Below the pieces are notes generated by a model, which saw nothing but the letters and a program-made list of their open reading frames with translations, had not been told where the DNA came from and searched no databases. Position numbers and translations under genes: made by a program. A stretch of DNA of 50,811 nt from a virus: IMG/VR virus record IMGVR_UViG_3300009124_000025, positions 1 to 50,811 of that record. The stretch is one strand, 5' to 3'. This document shows, in pieces, positions 26,501-31,661 of the stretch (within the stretch, counting starts at the first letter, position 1; the number at the start of each line of letters is the position of its first letter).

Positions 26501-27325
26501 TTCGAGGCGGAAGCGATGACGAAGGAGATCGTCCTCGGAACGTCGCCGTCCGCTAAGATCCGCAAGTTCGGTCGCTTTGTGTCGCGCAACGCCTACCTGC
26601 TGCACGTAATCACGCAGCACCCGGTAGACGTGATTGGCTTCTTGGCCAGCTATTCGCAAGCGCTGGACGAGGGCAAGACGCGGAAGCAAGCGGAGCGGAT
26701 CGCTACGTCGCTGATCGACCGCACGCAGATGGCCAACGCCCCGGAAGACCTGACGCAATTCGAAGCGGGCGGCCCGCTCATGAAGGCGGTGTTCCCGTTC
26801 CGCGGGTGGGCTATCAACTTCACGAACCACGCGATCCGCAGTCTGAGGGCCGACGTGCGGAACAACGAGACCACGGTCGAGAAGGCAACTGCGTTGCTGA
26901 TGACCTACACGATGACGATCCTGATGCCGTCGTTTGGTGCGTTCATCATCGGGGCTTGGCTTCGAGACTTCGGCGAGGGGGACGACGAAAACGAAGTGTT
27001 CACGTTCGGCAACTTCGTCAAGTCGCAAGTCGACACCGTGCTCGGCGGTCTGCCGGTCTTCGGCGACATCGCGCGCGTCGGCATGGCGAACCTGGATGAT
27101 GAGACTTGGAACAACCGCATGCCTAGCTTGCCGTTCGCCAAGCTGAGCGAACGGCTCGGCAAGGGCGCCGCGTTGTTCGCCGACGACGACCCGTCGTATA
27201 AGGACATGGCCGATTTCGCTGGCGCGATGGCGGCTGCGCTGGGCGCAGGCATCGCCGACCCGGTCATCAAGCGCCTCGGGCTCGCGCTGGACGACGACGG
27301 CGGAAGTTATCTCCTCGGACGCTAG
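14540..27325 (+). CDS. Giant 4,261-aa polyvalent internal virion/ejection protein (gp16-position) with two ART-like modules, a HEXXH zincin motif and terminal membrane helices
   Basis: Uninterrupted 12,786-nt ORF with a GTGA overlap to the upstream gene. Gly-zipper VVGGGLVGGLVGGPPGAAVG (~15.09-15.18 kb). ART-like modules at 17276-18070 and 18161-18967. HEMAH at 23564-23578. Hydrophobic helices near 26.3, 26.9 and 27.2 kb. Confidence 0.9.
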   Translation: MTGQDIPPSIYDEILNRHHNERSLRRAANVAAGLADKRDPSEIGEALQMARKFKSPLVPGLEALHQAKVKEAAQGVKPRSFAERFPALSRRLENPDIDFTSMTRDDMGNLTETENWYSWLGRSFDGSFTETMAKGLRLAGIPIQEESKIDREKRRQIAQIRGERDTGAVAWGQDAIEVVKSLAAVVGGGLVGGLVGGPPGAAVGATSVGYVLNSGDVYGALQDAGFTPEQSAGYARGWGAVMAGIDAASAGLASNAFSKTIGKRLLGDLLSKKLTVEAKQELLLAGIKEHLIGWSTETITEVVQQGASIAARYQAHLKYREGEAFDVDIKGELFDTFVHTARGMAVVSGAGATVRAIRDQRRAANAKLTAEAHQRMETLEANSKLRQRDPESREEFNNDAAPDSIKTAYIRADKFLEQVEAAEKNDPDFREKLENSHPGLLAKAQEASQSGGNVEVPVGQWSTLALGDFGRNLMPHTVYHQDADTQFERGEIDKIGAGYEPLMAEAAKRAETDSEFAKLIEGIYDYFYERGGVDQPNITRDQRAANASLSRAIIMSLARDEGIELAEYWQKYGPSIAGSMQSSTEVSQQALPELVTSISAEEEATTENTNPTTQIGSVTVQAVRKNVYRWHELGISGTLSVNDKGDVQIDTIDDMVDVKSLGRVLQELSKQFDRIGVAGPLVAAAKEGLQKVGVDPDAATQTSGEDLDALLKNWDTVNRSRRSDEWFDGANVNEESRSGFQDALQEGGDRLQSHGMSKESTLTGAVRNLLNMLGQGLDPARRGGKLDTAPLVTGEQGSGAGIGTASGTSYKDGPFILVAREGQGLSGNLDGLGAILVNETNAEIVEALRQQVQAIRPDVVVESYANAGSAVRQVIQGPSARSDSDVVRQDEIEDESQIVVESTDEQRRDRVYQTPQFKQWFRDSKVVDDEGKPLIVYHGTTKNYGGTFETGTLSVESDLGAGFYFSSSTSDVNWNYANPLGADVQNRIGRRQEQLMDQDVEESEAGAIALEENLQNKGRITPVLLSIQNPVILGGDQATRFTYEMEVDEDGDPTGEESGTLLDLIDALYEIDLGIGDAGVLPEIAARIMQLADDGSVSANDVIELLRNEFQDEIDEDGNLIAYDIPRRVFAEMGFDGFIDHTVQQKFPTMEIPDGTTHYVAFKPTQIKSVNNEGGFSVRDPDILSQDEIVDEASPEQFRDFVIQSEQFQRFFGDSKVVDESGKPLILYRGLRSVKGLSRGGATERGRATMSFTDNADVAGVYSGIDSSGEVPRANRGLFQTPVSSLTPVFVRMVNPLDLTKLGATVSLWDVIEGMNWSFDVEYGDPNQDKQIGYEDVASAIEGLDDMAFNTNAFFRLPSSAQMYAPGGIRSFQELGDLIRDLGAQEPESIELFLMETEIDAFVLGDDAGFVSLMQQAGFDGLIHSDPFVGTGMMSDDASNALVRVPGSFGDDTIHTTWRPFSTNQVKSVNNQGTFDRSVDDILLQDEEPPKPDEVLAWGGAAGDLARKNQFKRRRDYKMAIHTLPESDAVRAMSPEERTAHIQKVGVRDALFALEHSPNAVGWYDKKIQAAVKTLAVLHPEILTKKQKRLQFMWALAVTSNGLKVDDNFNLAGEVFQSAGKHFPTDVGRGDAANQINLGLKLYNTLVDKWGVDKLAAFMLTPTTPKQLQILFEAEGIEHEISGSELITQEVYGAYVLGPKIGNGFFMNLHGELNQLTMDRWFMRTWGRWTGSLFKFNEELAAKQMSSFRSALMRLTKSKNWSVIRDDVNALYGFDIFNTPLEEVARRTQRLATKKETRDTWFSMSPEMNDLRKAGNRVATGLDGQVEIPANGSIRADIRKHLTSILAEIQAMPEYVNLSMADLQAALWYAEKRHYEQATEGSDTVDAYDDDEAPDYENAARDYVMSRGDYRGTIEAAVAEPDIALRLADRAFIEPSILAPAGLPESQQAEMLGDAAARITALKAEEDVEFTWKHVPVSKNYENRFFHFHAKDQLNTSKRKYEEPQVMAHAVYVPGKSYRNLWSNVPSAQETYLVELKTKARTLITFQQVSEARPAPDALSSRLFALFLAKHVDSTDNQPGQKTFGAFPQAVFGVDDNGELLGTNDSQPYTPGDDEFDWTVDYQIMLAARRAGVRYMRLSDKREIDAALAAGAIPVNYTKAQRGAPVSSGNTASRMAEGKAGAGYDVYGFVFGKPGVSPIKSYDDLMTNSSSLTVNPDSATQRRQLDEMADGAQVKMWPRRNLIAVHTMNEDKLLSAFDADLDGLTAPSIAVSQATTGHRWRGSVQIVLKNSAVLNDGQIYDSDVWSQRYREPAVVTDYAITAETVRLVAERLLTKRHQESGAPLVDIETALDMAASMADSYFGNTLPGARDFFDASQQTLRDILAGKLGVPQLAMAPGETTIRRVVRLFEAAGIGELFFGPLTNLFEYESGSMKTVGRLIYRPVSTTTTMANPKPSEVIKVARLMRTLASIQAGVNIETLINGHTYRVREAEFLGEDPLKVEPEHNLPRNTSATQEAEDGIKQAILDELEKNPALLTTLKEHLAWIRETVLGPDGTAIAAQGLGSTAMPGGIAISVTDPTISTDARKAGVWSRALQPYLENISQQDGETEAQFTVRALAQALQGIAEIDKSTGVKQALFTHGEAKQVQQAIEDLAGQRRILKDTGEDVTSDALLRIFQNSLTDPMDARGQESVFSIDLPQLRTAMGRQLSADTINEVAQSRRAVVVDRKNQQVAHDRTRVLEGEFLSSGKGPKAFAGAPGKPLFYGSAIFSLMLDERLGANYDAAITVLDLRRVTVALSNENNPTDKDKTIRRFLDTNTVLKTRLQMGVGDSVDRVIMDIQRLCAALNVLSPDENLPGQTPASQARFAKNPDLTPEQAQLYVDFLNSLRRAGEEYYEAKPIKTVTWDDMGVVLIGDWLGDDVKKKLEAELKKRKVRTMRRTNLEGSSLHGALQKLPKSARLDKDILFQTEEGELESGSTSGRGGPRGGYSRKLNSIFLNESADASTLMHEMAHFYLDELTRIAEEQGPDSEAYRKLQTLVQWMGMPSVDHWMALSRDQKRTGHEAFAHSFERFLYDGVSPNTAMEKAFRGFRKWMIAIYHDVETRLNKQYQKTSGGEDLPALTPDVREVFGAMLGVEAEANSSVEAADFESLFQTEEEWVKLGGTPEEYRRLQEMHREADEKMLDDLTRARLRAMAYAGNSQDAERRKLQRQYREARAALKPGIEASVRNSVTERARSWLRNGLHLDENGEVISTMGRVTTNKLNRGTVKEMVDARTFKRLDEMGVLNDEGADPSVVASMFGVDSGETLLDAVANDPPMEQAVERRLKAEMRRKHPELTDPKLIKEQIAEAVHNKVRHQIIARELQYLAREDRSHQLLWKAAKQVAFKQLALTPVQNILPSRYSVSARKARNAARQALKEGNRDKAMQAKRQEMLAEALVAAATEVRKEVQKFEKLAAVARKSDKKLRKTRDMNYVEVMRAALAFVDAGEKGVSPQQALSNIRQYAPEVLTNVQKHLEGLQTMMSELGMLKPTDRVKRYMKLPLDKFRLVAGTVEMLDGVSKASHSITLEGKRVNREQTVKDASDQLDLMYQDEVDREESGSPNTWDNLVDRVRSYKHALTRPEHLFREIGGVFPQLFARMKDAALSYRRMARVLTDEYAKDLKGLNLREDRRKIRSEELKFVFGRGSVPAKVEILGMLLHFYSHGADSQGISNRDKLLASEGWTEDGVNKFVNAMVKQKILTAEDFDFIRKVYARNEKLIPQIQRAHFKRLGYYMELLKVEEQDTPFGPVKGYIPASPDRRRVGRTMKFDEDNIAEMHGNMPMRNDGFTKSRSEKVAMKLDFNLGGLTRHYAQVANFVHMQPAYADVASILLHPQLQAKMEEKFGRTFNNAVIDSWLKAATNQTTEPAMNMIEKVVDGMSRSAKTAVMAVNIPVALMNLTGFGPILREVKPSYFMRAAFRYITEMPTVVREVRKFKSMDERIGKQMFEAEAMTKEIVLGTSPSAKIRKFGRFVSRNAYLLHVITQHPVDVIGFLASYSQALDEGKTRKQAERIATSLIDRTQMANAPEDLTQFEAGGPLMKAVFPFRGWAINFTNHAIRSLRADVRNNETTVEKATALLMTYTMTILMPSFGAFIIGAWLRDFGEGDDENEVFTFGNFVKSQVDTVLGGLPVFGDIARVGMANLDDETWNNRMPSLPFAKLSERLGKGAALFADDDPSYKDMADFAGAMAAALGAGIADPVIKRLGLALDDDGGSYLLGR

Positions 27326-27335
27326 TCGTCCGAGG
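27313..27335. terminator. Bidirectional hairpin at the convergent junction of the two transcription blocks
   Basis: CCTCGGACG-ctagt-CGTCCGAGG is a 9-bp perfect inverted repeat. The loop contains the stops of both converging genes (TAG 27323-27325 on plus; CTA 27322-27324 on minus). Confidence 0.5.
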
Positions 27336-27528
27336 GGACGGTGCGCGGGAACGCGAGGTTCCGCTGCTCGCCGCAGAAATCGTCAGCCGCGACGATCGGC
27401 CAAGCGATCACCACGTCTTCGTCGTTTGTCGCCGAGAGCGGGACCGGGGGATACCTACGGCACACCCCGGTGTCGTCGTCTCTGTTAGTCGCAGGCCAAA
27501 AGAACCTGCACGAGACGCAGCGGTTCAC
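27322..27528 (-). CDS. Cys-rich small protein (68 aa), putative Zn-binding
   Basis: GTG start overlaps the TGA of the upstream HTH gene. VNRCVSCRFFWP...GVCRRYPP...WPIVAADDFCGEQ matches a C-x2-C...C...C-G-E pattern recurrent in small phage/plasmid proteins. The longer track ORF 27322..27681 has a shadow N-terminus. Confidence 0.55.
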   Translation of the reverse strand: MNRCVSCRFFWPATNRDDDTGVCRRYPPVPLSATNDEDVVIAWPIVAADDFCGEQRNLAFPRTVPSDD

Positions 27529-27773
27529 GCGTATGCCTCTTCTTGCGACGTTTGGAGCGCGCGACGAACACGACGCACCGAGACGTCCAGCCCTTCTGCG
27601 ATAGCCTCCATCGTCTCCTCCGGAACCTCGCCGAAGTTGCCAGACATCAGCATGTAGAGCCAAGCCCGGCTGCACCCGCACGCGTCGGCGACCGAGCGCA
27701 TCGGGGTCAGCCGACCGTCAGTTTGACTGCGCTGTTTAAGAACAAGAGATCGGAACGTTTCAGTTTTGGGCAT
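27525..27773 (-). CDS. XRE/Cro-type HTH transcriptional regulator (82 aa)
   Basis: TPMRSVADACGCSRAWLYMLMSGNFGEVPEETMEAIAEGLDVS fits the HTH_3-type helix-turn-helix pattern. Confidence 0.7.
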   Translation of the reverse strand: MPKTETFRSLVLKQRSQTDGRLTPMRSVADACGCSRAWLYMLMSGNFGEVPEETMEAIAEGLDVSVRRVRRALQTSQEEAYA

Positions 27774-27775
27774 GT

Positions 27776-29794
27776 CTATCCTTGGAAGTAGTTGGAGCGA
27801 TAGCCGCTAGCGGCTAGCGGAAGCCCGCTAGCCCACTTCGGCTTGCACGTGATCAAGTTGCAGAACTCGTCGACGTCGCCGCAACCGGCGTCGACTTCTG
27901 CAATGAGTGAATCGTGGCAGTGGAGGACTGTCAAGTAAGTCGGGTTGTCGGCAAGCCGAAGCAACGCGTGCGCCAACACGTCCCTGGCTACCGCTTGCGT
28001 CACGTTCTCGGCCAGCTTGCCGCGGTAGGTAGTGGTCTCGTGCATGGCCCCCTTGCCGGGAGCCCAATAGTAGATCGTCGGAACGGACTCTTCGCTTGAC
28101 TCGACTTCGCCCTTCTTCGTGAACCACGTAAACGTTTGCTCGGCTTGCCGAACGTCTGGCTTCCAGTAGCTGAGCTTGCGTCCAGACGGCAACTCAATCA
28201 GAACCCGGTCCTTGCCGCGACGAACGACGCACCGGCCAGCGGGGGCACCGGCTCCGGGCTCGGCCGCGACCATCTCCATGAACGCGGTTTCGAGATCCGC
28301 CCAGAACTTGACGATGGCTTCGTTGTTGTCGCGCCAGCCCCGGTGGACCTTGTAAGCCATCTCGTTCGACAACTCGATCCCGTAGCCCTTCGCCGCTTCT
28401 TGGAACTTGATCGCGCCCATGCCGTAGCCCAGCCCGAGCCGCTGCACCTTACCTAGCTGGCGGTCGGTGCTGCCTACAGCGGCTGCGTCCTCGACGTAGA
28501 TGTCGCGGCCAGACTCGAACACGTCCAGCGTCTCGGTGTCGAACGCTAGCCACGGCAGAACTCGCGCCTCGATGGCCGAGTAGTCGGCCCCAATGAGTTC
28601 CTTGCCGGGCGGCGCCACAATCATGCCGCGCAGGCTGGTCGACAACGCTTCGGTGACGTTCTCTTCGACCGCTTCCAACGTCCGAAGATCTCGAACCCGG
28701 ATCAGGTCTCGAACTAGCTCAGTGTGCTCGCGGCCCCTGCGATCCTTGGGCATGTTGTGCAGTTGCAAGCCCTTGGCCGTCCACCGCCCGGTGTGCGCGC
28801 CGTGGTAGCGAAGCTGCCACGTAAGCCGACCTGCTCGGTCCAGCCGCTGCCCAACGTTGTTCACCTTCGACAAGGACGTCAGACGGCTGTCTAAGAGCCG
28901 ATCTCGCAGCAAGCCTAGTAGATCAGGGTGCAGGTCGTGCGGGCTGCTCAGGAGCGTTGTGACGGCCTCACGGTCCAACGACTCGCTGAGCCGTCCGTTG
29001 GCCCGTCGTCGCAGCGGGACCTCGACCCCGTGCGCCTTGGCGAAATCGAGCAGAGCCCGGCCACGCGGCGCGTCCGTCTCGAAGTTGGTCCGCTCTTGAG
29101 TTCGACGCCGAACTGCAACCTTCACCCCGGCCAACATGTCGACGACTCCGTCGCAGAAATCGACGTCGACGTAGACGCCGCGCTCGTTAATCCGCTGGTC
29201 TTCCAGCCACACCGCGCGCTCCGTAGGAGACAGCATCGGCAGCCGGTTGAACACAGACGCGGTGGCCAGGACGTCGGCGTCGCAATAGTCCATCAGGCGC
29301 ACGAGTTCGCCGTCTGTCGGGTCGAACTTGCGGCCCCGGTGCGTGTGGTCCCCCTCCTCGTCAAGCTGGCACAGCTTGCGCATGAGGCGAGCACCCTCCA
29401 TGTCTTTGCCCTCTTCGACCAGGGCCTCGGCGAGCGTCTCCAACGACTGCGGCATGTTCGAAGCCGCGGCTAGAGCCATGGTGTCGGTCCACTGCTCCAG
29501 CACCGGGGGCCGCAGCATCGGGATCAACTTCGCCTTGAAGATCTCGTGCTCGAACGAGACGTTGTGCGCGACGAGCGGGCGTCGCTCGGCGAACCACTTG
29601 ACCAAGACGCCGGGGACTGGTTCGCCCGCCATCCAGCCAACGGTCCACACGTCTTTGGTATCCGTGTTCAGGAAGCCGAAGACCGCGCAGAGAACCCGGG
29701 TCGTCGGGTGCTGCGCGTAGGCTCGACTACCTAGCTTGATGTCAGCGAAGGACGCGGTTTCGACGTCCACGACGCAGTAGTCGGCGTGCTTCAT
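27776..29794 (-). CDS. Family A DNA polymerase with N-terminal 3'-5' exonuclease (672 aa)
   Basis: Exo I VVDVETAS, Exo II AHNVSFEHEIF, Exo III YCDADVLAT. Pol motif A GADYSAIEARV, motif B RQLGKVQRLGLGYGMG, motif C LHCHDSLIAEV. Confidence 0.95.
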   Translation of the reverse strand: MKHADYCVVDVETASFADIKLGSRAYAQHPTTRVLCAVFGFLNTDTKDVWTVGWMAGEPVPGVLVKWFAERRPLVAHNVSFEHEIFKAKLIPMLRPPVLEQWTDTMALAAASNMPQSLETLAEALVEEGKDMEGARLMRKLCQLDEEGDHTHRGRKFDPTDGELVRLMDYCDADVLATASVFNRLPMLSPTERAVWLEDQRINERGVYVDVDFCDGVVDMLAGVKVAVRRRTQERTNFETDAPRGRALLDFAKAHGVEVPLRRRANGRLSESLDREAVTTLLSSPHDLHPDLLGLLRDRLLDSRLTSLSKVNNVGQRLDRAGRLTWQLRYHGAHTGRWTAKGLQLHNMPKDRRGREHTELVRDLIRVRDLRTLEAVEENVTEALSTSLRGMIVAPPGKELIGADYSAIEARVLPWLAFDTETLDVFESGRDIYVEDAAAVGSTDRQLGKVQRLGLGYGMGAIKFQEAAKGYGIELSNEMAYKVHRGWRDNNEAIVKFWADLETAFMEMVAAEPGAGAPAGRCVVRRGKDRVLIELPSGRKLSYWKPDVRQAEQTFTWFTKKGEVESSEESVPTIYYWAPGKGAMHETTTYRGKLAENVTQAVARDVLAHALLRLADNPTYLTVLHCHDSLIAEVDAGCGDVDEFCNLITCKPKWASGLPLAASGYRSNYFQG

Positions 29795-29805
29795 GGCAGA
29801 AAAAT

Positions 29806-29920
29806 GGGGGCTCCGAACCGCCGGTCAACGGTGCCCGCAACACGCGGGCCGAAGCTGTCAGTATGCCGCAGTGTCGGTCAGAACACGGGAGGGGTGGCGC
29901 GGCGCTTCTACGGAGCCCCC
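29806..29920 (-). promoter_or_regulatory. Structured intergenic element between ssb-like and polymerase genes
   Basis: 10-bp inverted repeat GGGGGCTCCG (29806-15) / CGGAGCCCCC (29911-20) encloses an inner hairpin GCCCGC-aacac-GCGGGC (29833-49). On the minus strand the closing arm is followed by ATTTTTCTGCC-ATG of the polymerase. Confidence 0.4.
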
Positions 29921-29928
29921 GGTGTAAC

Positions 29929-30516
29929 CTACTCGAAGCCCCCCATGACGTCGTCGTCGAGGCCACCGGTCGGGACCGACCAGACCTTCTTCGGGTCACG
30001 CGGGGTCGTCGTGCCGCCGGACGACAGACGCTCGTCCTCGCGGACGATCATCACGTGGTTGAGCCCGAAGCTGATGCCGGACCGGCCCGACTTGTTCCAC
30101 GAGAACGCGTTGACGTTCAGCCGGACGTGGTAGCCGTCCTTCAGCGCGTTCGGGTCGATCACGTCGTTGACGTTCTCGTCGACCACGCCCGGCTTGGTGT
30201 TCTTGCTCCAAGCCATCAGGAAGACGTAGTCCTCCGGGTTGTCGAGGTTGTCGAACCGCGTGGCCAGACCGTCGCGCTCGCGGCGGTCGTCGTCGGCCTT
30301 GCAGTTCTTGATCGGGTTGGCCCGCTTGAGGTCGATGTTCTCGCCCTCGGCCGCGGCCTTAACTGCGGCCATCAGCTTGGCCACGTCCGGGCTCGACTTC
30401 TCGAACACGGCGATGAGTTCGTAGCGGCTGGTGCCGTCGAACTTGTTCTTCTTCGGAGCGAACACGGACGGCCACATGACGCGGCACGTGCCTTCGGTAG
30501 TAACGATTGCAGACAT
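29929..30516 (-). CDS. Single-stranded DNA-binding protein, T7 gp2.5 / DUF2815-like (195 aa)
   Basis: The pattern CRVMWPSVFAPKK...SRYELIAVFEK...GYHVRLNVNAFSW...GISFGLNHVMIV and the acidic tail GGLDDDVMGGFE are typical of DUF2815/gp2.5-type SSBs. Sits between the DUF2800 nuclease and PolA as in the known module. Confidence 0.75.
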   Translation of the reverse strand: MSAIVTTEGTCRVMWPSVFAPKKNKFDGTSRYELIAVFEKSSPDVAKLMAAVKAAAEGENIDLKRANPIKNCKADDDRRERDGLATRFDNLDNPEDYVFLMAWSKNTKPGVVDENVNDVIDPNALKDGYHVRLNVNAFSWNKSGRSGISFGLNHVMIVREDERLSSGGTTTPRDPKKVWSVPTGGLDDDVMGGFE

Positions 30517-30530
30517 TGTTGGTTCTGGGT

Positions 30531-31661
30531 TCAGGGGTTCGGGGTGAAGTCCGCGGACGGGGGAAGAGCCGGACGCTTGTCCGACTCCGGCACTAGATCG
30601 ACGCCGCGGACTGGACGTTCGATCAGCGCACTAAGGTTGACCTTGCGGTTGAGTTTTGCAACCCGCTTCTCGATTTGGCTGGGCGACGCCAGCTTGCGCT
30701 CGGTGAACGGGTCGACCCCGTTCATCGACAGTTGCGACTCGGCCTCGGCGTCGTTCTTCCAGGCTCGGTTGCCGAGCTTCTGCACCAGCTTGTAGCCGGG
30801 CACCGGTAGACCGCGCTCGGCTCGCTGCTGAAGCGTCGTCTTGACGGCGTCGAGGAACTCGCGCACGCGCTCGCTGTTGGCGTGCAGCTTGAGCAAGTCC
30901 TGCGTGTCGAGCACGGTCGGGTTGACCTCCTCGAACGCAGCCTTCGCCGCGACCTGCGTCTCCGCTTGCCGGGCCGGGCACCCGGTGACCGCGCGGCAAA
31001 ACTTGCAGTGGTCACCGGGGACCAGCGAGTTGCTGCCTGAGTTGATCAGACGGACCTGACGGGCAAGGTCTTCGCCTGCGACCTCAAGCTGCTCCGGCGT
31101 CATCGACGCTTCGCGCCACGCCGGACCAGACCGGGCTCGCGGCTGGTAGATGTGCATGTCGATCCGTTCGATCAAGCCGCCGCGGATCGGTCCGATCTCC
31201 TTCAGCGCGCCGAGCGCGTAGCACATCAGTTGCTTGTTGCCCTTGGCTTCGACGGCCTCCCCGGCTCCATACTTGAAGTCGACGACGACCAGCGTGCGGC
31301 CGTCCTGGCTGAGCAGGATCAGGTCAGCGGTGCCGTAGATCTCGTCGGTGTATTCGACGCCTGTTTCGACGAGCGGCTCGCCGCCGAACAGCAACAGCAT
31401 CGACTCGACAAAGTCGATGTATTCGTCCACGTAGCGAGCAAGCTCCTCGGTCACCTCGAACTCGCCGTCGTCCGACTTGGTGCGCAGGTAGCTGAAAGCG
31501 CTCTTGCCCTTGGTGAGACACCGGGCCGCGATGTCGTGCGCGAACGAACCTTCGCGCGCGTAGCTGCTGCTCTGGTCGGGGAACTGCTGTTGCAGAACCA
31601 CCGAGCCGTGGCACACCGACCAGCGGTGTGCCGAGCTTGGTGAGAAGCGGGCGTGGGTCAC
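30531..31661 (-). CDS. PD-(D/E)XK exonuclease, Cas4-like DUF2800 family (376 aa)
   Basis: GTG start overlaps the upstream TGA. N-terminus VTHARFSPSSAHRWSVCHGS...SSYAREGSFAHDI and C-terminal Cys cluster CKFCRAVTGC suggest 4-Cys Fe-S ligands. The track ORF 30531..32018 N-terminal 119 aa is an out-of-frame reading of the upstream gene. Confidence 0.8.
   Translation of the reverse strand: MTHARFSPSSAHRWSVCHGSVVLQQQFPDQSSSYAREGSFAHDIAARCLTKGKSAFSYLRTKSDDGEFEVTEELARYVDEYIDFVESMLLLFGGEPLVETGVEYTDEIYGTADLILLSQDGRTLVVVDFKYGAGEAVEAKGNKQLMCYALGALKEIGPIRGGLIERIDMHIYQPRARSGPAWREASMTPEQLEVAGEDLARQVRLINSGSNSLVPGDHCKFCRAVTGCPARQAETQVAAKAAFEEVNPTVLDTQDLLKLHANSERVREFLDAVKTTLQQRAERGLPVPGYKLVQKLGNRAWKNDAEAESQLSMNGVDPFTERKLASPSQIEKRVAKLNRKVNLSALIERPVRGVDLVPESDKRPALPPSADFTPNP

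Noticed and set aside
24023-27028. Minus-strand ORFs of 270 aa (24023..24835), 201 aa (24127..24732) and 579 aa (25289..27028) inside the giant gene
   Set aside because: They are shadow ORFs opposite an uninterrupted 12.8-kb coding frame. Their composition is Arg/Val/Leu/Asp-rich with no motifs. They occur exactly where the giant gene is most GC-rich, as expected for stop-poor antisense frames.
14540-27325. The giant ORF as an N4-like virion RNA polymerase
   Set aside because: I could not find single-subunit RNAP catalytic motifs by eye. The recognisable blocks instead point to ART-like and zincin-like modules with membrane helices. This needs a profile search for certainty.
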